Shown in pieces: positions 10,447-20,939 of a stretch of 64,000 nt of DNA. The DNA comes from Bigelowiella natans CCMP2755 (Eukaryota > Protista > Cercozoa): positions 186,001 to 250,000 of the forward strand of contig ADNK01001197.1 in assembly GCA_000320545.1 (NCBI GenBank), given 5' to 3'. Position numbers and translations under genes: made by a program. Position 1 is the first letter of the stretch. The number at the start of each line of letters is the position of its first letter. Below the pieces are notes generated by a model. The model saw only the letters and a list, made by a program, of their open reading frames with translations. It was not told the origin of the DNA and did not search any database.

Positions 10447-11054
10447 GATAATGATGATGCCAAGTACAACCAGCAGCATCAAGACCAGCGGAACCGTGCT
10501 GCTACTTTGGAAGTAGAGACAAAATATGTACCTGTTGCTTGTGGGCAAAATGTCCGCCAACCGTGTGGAAGTGACCGGTAACCTCGTTACAAGATGAAGT
10601 TGAGAATGTTGATATCATGCTCTCATTCTTTACTGACATGCGCGTATCGTCTTCTTTCATTTTCAGGGTCACATATTATATCCTATTTCTAGCTTGCTTT
10701 CTATCGGCGTTGGTAATTAAAGGAGTTTTATTACTTTGCGAAGACAAAGGCTCAACAAAACATTTTAATATAGGTAGGATCGATCCTCACGACCTTATCT
10801 CTCCACGCATATCCACTGTCTAGCAAAGGTATTTGGAGATACTCCTGCCTCTATAAATATTCCATACACTGATACAAACACTGGTTAATGGATTGCATGC
10901 GTTCGTATGTATCGTAGTCCCGGTCTCTACTGCAGGCTTTCACCCGAAAATGTTCCATTGCAATAATTCGCTCCAGTCCTCCAGAGGGGCGGGAATTCTT
11001 GGTTTGTTGATGGGCGTAGGATTCGGTATAGCATTGAACAGTGCATTGTCATGA
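10447..11054 (+). CDS. Small predicted membrane protein (start exon unresolved)
   Basis: Four GT-AG-joined exons stay in frame: DNDDAKY...GSDR|VTYYILFLACFLSAL|VGSILTTLSLHAYPLSSK|GFHP...GILGLLMGVGFGIALNSALS*. Confidence 0.5.
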
Positions 11055-11119
11055 GCGCGCGCCGCCGCAGCGTGAGCAATATACATGTCATATTTTATTG
11101 TGCATCTGTTTATTTAGCT

Positions 11120-11204
11120 TGTAAGACGGATGTAATGAATCAAATTAAATTTATTTAATGGTCATTCTCATGTAGCTGTGCAATGCAGCGGCTACAGCGC
11201 TGAT
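11120..11204 (+). repeat. ~85-bp dispersed repeat, copy A (inverted relative to 14544-14627)
   Basis: Reverse complement aligns to 14544-14627 with 7 substitutions and one 1-nt indel. Confidence 0.9.
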
Positions 11205-12427
11205 AATAATATTGAATTTTTAAGCTTGTACCGTAGTCTATTGTTAGGGCCATCAGTGTGCATGCGTGCAGCTGAACGAGTACCAAAGAGTATGTAGCCT
11301 CTGTGCCTACGTGTCTCTGTAGTTTCACCACTAGACCAGTATATAATAGACACAGGAATACCATATGGATATATGTGTCCCTATATGGAATTCCCTAGCT
11401 GTCTATAATCAGTAGACACTACGCATGTAATTGCTACCTATAGACCGGCGCACACGAGTAATCAAGTAATCTCTGCCAGTATCTAGTGCCGTTGTATAGT
11501 TGCACGTCGTACGCATAGATCGCTGCGATGGTTTGATCGTCCGTTCACGCACGTATAAGCTGACTAGCTGACGGCTGCGTATGTACGTCCACACATAGTG
11601 AGCTCGCCTGGCATTACGTTAACTGTGTACATACATCGTCTACAACATACAGACAGCAAGATACAGATGGTGTAGTACGTCGTCTTTGTAATAAATCGAT
11701 GACATTCGAAATCTGAAGGTCGAGCTTCTCTCTACTTTTTGTCAGTAGTGTACCAGGTAAATTACGCATACACGCTTAGCCAAACTTTAGCGTTTCCCAG
11801 ATATCTACGTATATTTTCAAGAATTTCGTTATGTCGTTTACTGTAAAGCATATAAACTAAAACACGTAGGTCCACATTAAATTGCAATACTGTCTCGGAT
11901 CACACATGATGATTACTCTACGATTCCTCTCTGTGAGTAGTCTCCAAAAACATAAATACCTGCGTTTTTACGCACTTGAGCAAGAATCTAAATTCATTTT
12001 CACACTTCCCCTGAAAAATGATGAAAATAAAAGGCATTGGGTGATTTTATTTCTACCAGGTTGAAGAAAGGAACCTTAGACATCGAGTTGATGTTGGACG
12101 CAATGCAGCGGCCGTATGTCGATGCCTTGGAAAGTAGTAACAGGTTTTTCAGCTCCTCATAGTAAGGGAGAATAATAATAGATGTTGAAGTTTCAATACA
12201 AAACGAAATCCTATTTAAGAATACTATATACTCCTATCGTAAATGAGAAGATATACCTCTGATCCACATTTGGCATAAGCCTTGGCAAGACGAGAAACCA
12301 AGCTGCGGGGAGGTCCTGACGGCATTTACACTGCAAATCCAAACCTGATATCAAAAGAAAGTTTTTTGTCGGTAGGATTAACCAATATTTGGTTAGAGAA
12401 TGGCTACCCTAAGTGCAAGTCTCTCTC

Positions 12428-12468
<41 letters not shown>

Positions 12469-12661
12469 ATGCACTTGTTCGTGTGTTTACTTGCATATGT
12501 AGTGAGTTTAAACTGATGAACCCTACAATTTCCCCAGTACCGATGATGCTCTGGTATCGGGTGGCAAGGAGGCAGAGGAGGCAGAGGAGGCAGAGGAGGC
12601 AGAGGATGATGAGGAGGAGGAGTGGCGAAAGGACAATTGCTCTGGTTACGAGTACGAAGGT

Positions 12662-12772
12662 AAGTCGCACCCTTGATTATCCCCATGTTTTGCATCTTGC
12701 GACAACAACAAGAAGTAATAGTAATAGAAGTCGCATCCTTGATTATCCCCATGTTTTGCATCTTGCGACAAC
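12662..12772 (+). repeat. Tandem duplication (45-bp core, 66-bp period) upstream of the fibrillin gene
   Basis: AAGTCGCA(C/T)CCTTGATTATCCCCATGTTTTGCATCTTGCGACAAC at 12662 and 12728. Confidence 0.9.
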
Positions 12773-12913
12773 GACAACAACAGGAACAACAATACGGCCA
12801 AGCAATCACGTCGGGAGGGCCCGGCGAGGAGGCGCATGGTTGTGGAACGTCTTATTTCTTATCGAATTCAATTCTGTGTTAGATAATTGGTAACCTGTAT
12901 ACTTGTTGCGTAG

Positions 12914-14244
12914 TTGCGTGACGTCGTCGCCGTCTTCGTCACAGTGCTTCTCGCTGCACAAATCACAGCCCGCTCGACGACTCTTACAGGACGAGCGACG
13001 GCTGTGAGAGTAAGAGGAATCGGGAAACCTTTTGGAGCTAGTGTGGAAAGTTTGCTAAGCCTTCGAAAAAGACTCGAACGTAATAGAAAAATACTTAGTA
13101 AGTGCAGCAAGAACAGGGGCTCAGAGTGGAAGGATGCATCTACACACATAGAACCCTTGAAAACCCGACTGTTTGGAGCAATCGCAGCAAGACCCCAGGT
13201 ATACGAAAATTAATGGATATTTTTTGATTCCTCTTTATCTTATATATGTCATCATTGTAATTTCAACTTACTTGGTAATGCGAAAGCGAACCAAAAATAG
13301 CTCTAATTGCCGTGCGTGCTTGTTTGCAGGTTACGCAAGACATCCTTTCGGCAATCGAAAGCATTGAGAGAGAGGGGGGGCAATGCTCAGATTTTATGTC
13401 AATATCAGGCAGATGGTCATTGGTCTACTCAACTCAAACTACTACTTCATTCACTATGGCCCAATCGCAGCAGCAGCAGCAGGCACAGGACCTGATAGAT
13501 TCAGTCATTCAAGGCAGCACTGCAGCTTTGTATAGGTACCAGTTTGTTGAATAATTTTGTACGAGTAGTGATACTTGAATGGCACGGTCCTCCTCCTACC
13601 TTATATTACAAAACCAGGTTCTTCTTTAAGTTTGCCCCAGCCCTGGCTGGGGCACAGGAACAGGACCGAGACGAAGATCTACGAGACTTTTTCGGTGGAG
13701 GAGTAAAAAATGAACAGATTGTAGACATTGAGAAAGGTCTTGTGAGCAACAAGGTATTGTTTATCAATTTCTTATTAATTCAGTTTCATATTGCAAGTGT
13801 GCACATTTTTCCGTTCTCATGATTGTCATGCTGAACACTAAGGTTCAAGCTCGGTTTTCAAAGAACGGCCCTTCGCTAAAAATCAATGTCGTCGGAGAAT
13901 GCACACCATCAAATGATAGTATGAGCAATCTTCAGGTCATATTCACGGAATTCTCAGTTGAAATTCCATGGACGAGGTATTTCTTGGTGTGTGAAAATCC
14001 ATGTTTTTGTCAATGTACAATTTGTGCATGTACATGTGGTGTACCTTATTACACATGTGTCACAAATGCAATCAAAGATCTTCTTGTGCGTTTGGGCTGT
14101 GATGTTTTTAGAGTTGGGCTCGTGACTGTGCCATTGCCAAGGCCGCGAGGTGCCTTAGAGACAACTTTCTGTGATGAAAACTTGAGAATTTCTAGAGGAG
14201 GCAGAGGTGGAATCTTCGTTCTTAAGCGATTGCGGCCAAATTGA
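12914..14244 (+). CDS. PAP/fibrillin-family plastid lipid-associated protein with bipartite leader (multi-exon; start Met possibly at 12836)
   Basis: ISGRWSLVYST and LETTFCDENLRISRGGRGGIFVLKR are the fibrillin N- and C-terminal signatures; leader VVAVFVTVLLAAQITA followed by a basic Ser/Thr-rich stretch. Confidence 0.88.
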
Positions 14245-14543
14245 TTCGAATGAGTCCTGTAATGAGCTGTAGCACTGCACAATTATGCGAGTTTGTGTTC
14301 ACGTGAATTGAAAATCGGGAGAGGCTGTGCATGTGTAGGGCTGATTTGCGCCACAGCGTACTGGTGTGTGTGTAGCCCAGCCGACAGGACATGACAATAA
14401 CACGCAGATTTGGGATTAGCTACTGCACGTGCAGATGCTGAATGCACTGTGAATCAAGCGTAGTATGGCCTACTGTGATGCTGTCTCTGCATTGTTAGCG
14501 CAGTCTAATGTGCTTTTTCAAAACTTGAAGTACACATGTCCAC

Positions 14544-14627
14544 ATTAGCGCTGTAGCCGCTGCATTGCATAGCTACATGAGGATAACCATTGAACAAATT
14601 TAATTGATTAATTACATCCGTCTTACA
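14544..14627 (-). repeat. ~85-bp dispersed repeat, copy B
   Basis: ATTAGCGCTGTAGCCGCTGCATTGCATAGCTACATGAGGATAACCATTGAACAAATTTAATTGATTAATTACATCCGTCTTACA, inverted partner of 11120-11204. Confidence 0.9.
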
Positions 14628-15021
14628 TGTATAGACATGTCTAACAAGTAGATGTGTCACAGTCTAGCAGTGTTCGTTTTGATCTCATTGTGATTTGCAA
14701 CATTGCGTGCAAGATGCACTGTCTAGCTATGCCACAACGTACTATAGGCGAAACCTGGGAATTTCACGGTTTCGCATGTTTCCTGCGATGCAAGAACTGA
14801 AGCAATGCAGCGGCACTGCATGATTTGTGTGAAAATATAAAAAAAAACACATTTTGGCTTGGTTCGAGAAAGAAAACTCAATTTTTGAATGTGCTCGAGG
14901 TCAATTTCTGACAAAATTTGCTTGAGGTCTGAAAAAAACGCAAAATTTCGAAGTCACTAAACCACGAAGTAAACTCAAAATTTCGCGCAGCTTTCTCATT
15001 TTCGTGATTGGTCATGCTTCA

Positions 15022-15419
15022 CAAGTCCGTCAAACACAATAAACCTGTAACGAATTGCCAGAATGTGCATTTGGAAGCTTTTGCGCGCGACCAAGCGCGT
15101 CATGTGATGCAATGGACATTGGATTTGCTCGCATTTCTTTGAAATTTTTCGTGCACATCACATTTGGTCAAACGCACACGCAAAAGCATTCAAAATGTGG
15201 CAGAGAACAAACGCGCAGCGTGCATCCGCTGCACAACGGGTGTGAATTTTCACACTTTGAGGCCTTGAAAATGGACATTTTGGTTAACATTTCGGTCATT
15301 TTTTCAGGTTTGGCCATCGGACAAGTTCTGATGACTTTTCTTTGACTAACTGCAACTGCCCGCTGCTTCAAAGCGCTGCACTGTTCACAACCCCATCGTT
15401 GCCGGGTTTGACGGACTTG
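15022..15419. mobile_element. 398-bp MITE-like element with 14-bp perfect TIRs (probably Tc1/mariner type)
   Basis: CAAGTCCGTCAAAC (15022-15035) and GTTTGACGGACTTG (15406-15419); flanks CA (15020-21) and TG (15420-21), read as an edited TA TSD. Confidence 0.7.
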
Positions 15420-16285
15420 TGTTGACAGGTGCTCCTGGCTGTCCATGTCAGGATGGTCATGTGCTCACGTGGTGTTTTCAGGTTCACTTTTTGATCGTGC
15501 GTGGCCGCACTAGATCGCACTGAGCATTGTCAGAATTTTCGGCCTTTTTTGGCTCCGTCTCCTAGAATGCTTGCATCGCCTACTTGTGGCTAGCACAACT
15601 AGCTATGCTACGCTGCTCAACATCAGAACAGCTCAATTAGACTTGGACTTGCGAATTCACCAATTTCTGTGTCCAGCGCGCACGGCTAGACGGTGCTGAT
15701 GTTGTGCTTTGCACATCTGTCTACTGTGCATGATGCGCGCCAGCTGTAGCTCCACAACTAGATGCGTGCTTGCACTACACAACACGTAGTGCTGTGTCTC
15801 ATCTACACTCACAGCTGTTGGTGGAGCGCACATCCATGCGTACTGTAGACATTTACGACGACAAGCTGTGCCAACATTGATCCATTCTAGTGCGTGCTAC
15901 ACAGTGATAGTTGCTAGGTTGCGGCAGTTCCAGTGAACCGATTGTTTTCTGTACCGATCGCTTATTGTGCATGCATCGTTGCGACACAAGTACATGTAGG
16001 AACACCCTGCATGTTCACTCTCCGCCGACGTGCATGTTCATCATGTGTGTTAGTTTGGAGATACACTGCATGCACATACAAATACTACCCGCAAGCAAGG
16101 TGCATGCCCATAGCTAAATAGTAGCGTAACATGTACGTATGCAACTTGAAGGAGCGTGTGTGAACATAGTGAACACGTAGATCCACTTTTACATAATATA
16201 TACCTATACTTACACCTGCCAGCCTACGGCGATGCACACTCACACACTCACACACTCACACACTCACACACACACACACACACAC

Positions 16286-16334
<49 letters not shown>

Positions 16335-16377
16335 AACGTTTTTAATCATTTTCCAGACATTACCATACGCCCTAGAA

Positions 16378-16705
16378 CTAACTCTTTCGCTTCTTCGCCT
16401 GAGTGTCATTCGGAGCTAACTGCTCTAGTCTGAAGGCATTGCGTACTTTTTGAAACAAGAAATAAATAACGTAACATAGAGCCACCACTGCGAGGACATC
16501 TTCCCCATCGAGAACCTTTCCATTGAAACAGAAAACCATCAAATCCTGACGCACTTGTTGTTGTCGTACCACTCATATCCATAATGTTTGATGAGCATGC
16601 TGCACATAGAAGATCGCTATGCTTACCCTGACAGTTCCTGGATCGTCTGCGCTCATCAAAATGATCTGATTCCAATCTTATTGAAGAATATGTGGCAGTA
16701 GCCAC
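16378..16705 (-). CDS. Possible small single-pass membrane protein
   Basis: VLAVVALCYVIYFLF hydrophobic segment and basic C-terminus AKKRKS*; GTAAGC donor at ~16626; splicing not resolved. Confidence 0.35.
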
Positions 16706-17188
16706 TACACAAACCTAGGGAGAACTTTGGGGAGGGATGGGGGAATGCGTAGTCTGTGATTAGTGGACGGGAGTTCGTTGCAAGATGTTTGGCTTCCTCC
16801 CTAGACTATTTAAGTATCTTGCTTCCTTAACTTCTTGCCTCCTCTATGCTACATTATGAAAGGAGCAGATCCCACCACTTGTTTTGTTCGATGTTCTTCC
16901 TCCAAGTCCTTTCCCCTCCCCCTGGACTAGATCTATCACCGACACGGAAGAAGAAGGAGAAGAAAATTGCCATCCAATTCGCATTTAGGACTAGACTTTC
17001 CTCAGCATAATTGTCCTCCTATTTGTATGTACGACAAAACTAATCTGATACCTTTTAAAATACCCACACATCCTCCCGCCAAATTTCAATCGTTCCAATT
17101 TCTTTTCTTCGTTTTCCCGCTCGCGGGATTAGGGGCAAACCTTAATATCGATATTACTGACAGAACATTTATTGAGAATATATAAAGG

Positions 17189-17973
17189 ATGCCTGTAGCT
17201 CTGCATCGATTGCCATGCAGTATTAAATACAGAGGAGAGGCAAGAGTTACGAATTTCTTCAAAGTTACGGAGGAGAGTAAATCTGACTCATCCTGCGAAC
17301 AGGATGGGGGAAAGTTCGAAACTAAAAATGGTTCGCAGAAACCAAAATTTAAAAGTCAGTTTCAAGGTCAGCGTCTGGAAGGTTACAAAGTAAAGCTGGA
17401 AGATATTGGAACTGGTGCTCACAATGAATTTAAAAAAAACAAGTGGAAACCCATCTCGTTTCAACTTTTGCGGTGCATTTTGCTGCAATTTTGTCAATCT
17501 CCTAATGTCACTTTCTCATGTAAATCTCATCTACAATTTCTGTCTACAGAAATTCATGAGTTTCCTAAATCTTCTTAAAATTAGGGTTAATTGTCGAATC
17601 TCAGGGAGATTGCATTGAATCTGTTCAAGCCGAGCAATCGCCACTAAAAGTATAACTGCGAATAGTTACCCAATTCTAAGTTATTATTTTTCTTTCAAAA
17701 TAATTTGTTTGAACGTTTTTAGGTGATCAATCAGTTCAATAACTTTATTCTCTGGAATCGCACTCTAGAATCTGGGATACATGATAATTTAAGGCAATCT
17801 GTGGAAGATTGGCCTGCAATTGCAAATTTGGTGCGTATCCCTCCAAACCCATTCGAACTTTCGAACTTTATACACCTCATGCTCTAACGTGTATATTTAC
17901 TTCATCATATTTTCCAGATCATTTATGGATTTTATGTTGATTTAATTTACAGGTACATGATCCGATAGAGTAG
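17189..17973 (+). CDS. RNASEH2C: Ribonuclease H2 subunit C (multi-exon)
   Basis: LHRLPCSIKYRGEARVTNFF, SQFQGQRLEG, FNNFILWN, DWPAIANL|VHDPIE* match the RNase H2C family motifs. Confidence 0.85.
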
Positions 17974-18800
17974 GGATATCCAACGTCCCAACGCAAAATG
18001 TAAGCATTATGGAACAACTAACAATGAATAGTGCGTGCACTCTGCACTGCTACCTAATGAGATTCCAATGTTCTAACACAATGATGTGCACTAGTGTACC
18101 CTATCACCGTTAGTTGGCAGTGCATCTAGCATTTATCATTATACTAGTATACATTAAAGTAGCTTCAATTTGTTCTCCACAACGTTATCCATAGCGCGTA
18201 CGTGGATCGCTTAAATGATTGCCGAATTCTGAAACAATCTTTGATAAATTCTGGCGCTGTTATGGGGCCGCGAATCACACTAGCACAACAATGTATATCG
18301 TACGTCCATGCCTAGATGTAGCCACGCACGCTATAGCTCTAGTAGATAGCACGTGCAACAATAAAGAATGAATGAAGTCAGAAGCAAGTGTAGCTAGCTA
18401 GCTAGATAGCGTGCGTGTAGCTAACAATGCGCAGCACTACAAGACTTCGACTATTTTTTTAGTAACAACAAGCGCTTATAATGCAGGCGACTTTGTCTAG
18501 CTAGTTGTGCATATGCGGATCAATTATCATGTGGCACCACTTTAACATCGTAACGCCACGAACTGGTGAGTCACGACACATATGAGAAACAGTTGTTCTA
18601 GCAGTGTTGTGCGTGACAGCTGCCATACTACGTGCGCATTGCCCCGCGCGTTAGCACACAGCCTAGATAGCGCATACTAAACTAGCATATGCGCTGCCTC
18701 AGGTGTAGTCTGTACGCTGTACGTTGAAATAGAAGTATAAGATTTATGCGTGCACATATCGACTTGCTACACAATATCTAGAATATAAGCACACACGCTG

Positions 18801-18842
<42 letters not shown>

Positions 18843-18945
18843 GCTAACACACATTTAGACGCTGTGGAAACATGCACAAATCTGATTCCAGGCCAATGGT
18901 ATTTGATACAGTAATCGTTTTCTTTCTGCGACGTCCATATGAAGA

Positions 18946-20276
18946 TCATTTTCCCTTGCCACCGTTGCCACCATTCATCATCTTTTCAAATAAATAATAG
19001 TAAATCTCAAATTGAATACGAATTTAAACAAATAACCTGCTGCTGTTTTTTCATATTCTTATTCGACAGAGAAAGTTGATATTGATGATTTTTGTAAGCC
19101 GCCATCTGAAATTGACGAAATAGTTAGCACTCTGGCGACTAACGATGAGAAAGGATCTACTACCGCTACGACTACTACTGTTGCTACTACTCCTACTACT
19201 GCTGCTGCTGCTGCTGCTGCCGCTGCTGCTACTACCAGTAGATGCTGATATTGAAGTTGTTGAAAAGTCATCCCACTTCCCTGTCAAAGAAACCATAATC
19301 GTAATGCATTCAATAAATGAAAAACAAGTACTCAACACGCACCATGGCCTGAAGCTGCTGCTTTTGTGCTTGAAGAAGGGCTTGAGACATAAGAGCTTGC
19401 TGGGAGAACATATATTGAAATAAGAAAACCGAAAACAGATTTTTCAAGGATATTTAAGTACCTGCGACTGTAATTGCGGGGACATCTTAACAAGGCTGCG
19501 ACAAACAAATATGCAAAAATAACATATTTGGAGGGTTAGAAAATGCTATGATAGATAATGCTGTGATTATAAATTAAAGAAAATAGAGGGGTAGGGTGGT
19601 AACAACTTATTGTAAGCAGGGGGAAGGACAGTCTGTGCTTTAGCAGTCCCTGCAAGCATGTTATTCTGTTGTTGTTGTTGCGATTGGCCAACTCCACGTA
19701 ACAAAATGTTTTGGCTTGAAGTAGCTGAATTGGCCATAGCCTAAAATTTTAAAGAAAACACACACAATACATACAAAGTTAAACAAAATCAAACATGCAT
19801 CATCACATGGCTACTATCACCACCTGCTGTCGTTGCTGTGCTAGCATCTGCTGGGGATTTTTGAACATGTTCATTTGTAGAGCAGCGGAAGCAGCAATTG
19901 ATGTTCCACGGTTTACTGCTGAACCTTATAATATAATAATAGGAGAAAAAAATAAAAATAAAAAGAGGAAGTTGACAAGAAAGTTTCATCATCATCATCA
20001 TCGTCATCATCATCATCCCAACATCACTTTCATTGCTGAAAGAGGTAGGTCACCTAAAAAGGAGATTTTTGTCTATATTTCTAATTGGATGTCATGTTCA
20101 CCTGGTTGAGTGGATGTGCGACTGATGGCACTACTCTTCGATTGTTTGCTACGTGCCGCCGCTGCCATTGTGAAGCCATTGTTTGTTTGAGGATTTGCAG
20201 CATTCTGACCCGTATGTTGCTGTTGCTGATGATGATGAGTTGCCAAATTGAAAGCAGCAGCTTGGTGGGCCTGGTG

Positions 20277-20353
<77 letters not shown>

Positions 20354-20903
20354 TCTTTTGTGCAGCAGTCACTTTAGATGAACTGTATCGCCTAATATGC
20401 AAACGGACAAGAATACACATGATGACGACGATGACAATAACGTTGACGAAGACACCAAGTATTCGCTTATATTGTAGCAAACTCAACACAGGAGGAAAGA
20501 TATGTGCATAAATAATGATGATGATGATGAGCACTTGATGTCGGTTACCTCGCCTTAGACTTTGAATCAGTGGCCGTCGAAGTCGTAGACATCTGTACGT
20601 GTGTGCATTGTGTGTGGTAAGAAAAAGAGAAAGGAAGGGGAAAGGAGGGGGAAAGAGGAACAAATGGAGGATAACAGGGGGTGGGTGGGATATGTGAACT
20701 GCTGTATAAAATATAGATGCTATATGCGGCAGTAAGTGGGTGGGATATGTGAACTGCTGTATAAAATATAGATGCTATATGCGGCAGTAAGATTCTGGAA
20801 ATGTTAGCAGCCAAAGCATATGTGAGTTACAATTTTTAATTTGATAGGTGGTCAGTGGGTGATGTTTAGCAGTTAGTGAAAGCTACTTTTGTTGTTCTTT
20901 TTA

Positions 20904-20939
<36 letters not shown>

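Noticed and set aside
11700-12893. Possible exons and the 203-aa ORF 12282-12893
   Set aside because: Some splice-like signals exist but I could not build a consistent frame or recognise a product; the ORF is inflated by (CT)n, (GGCAGAGGA)n and the 66-bp duplication.
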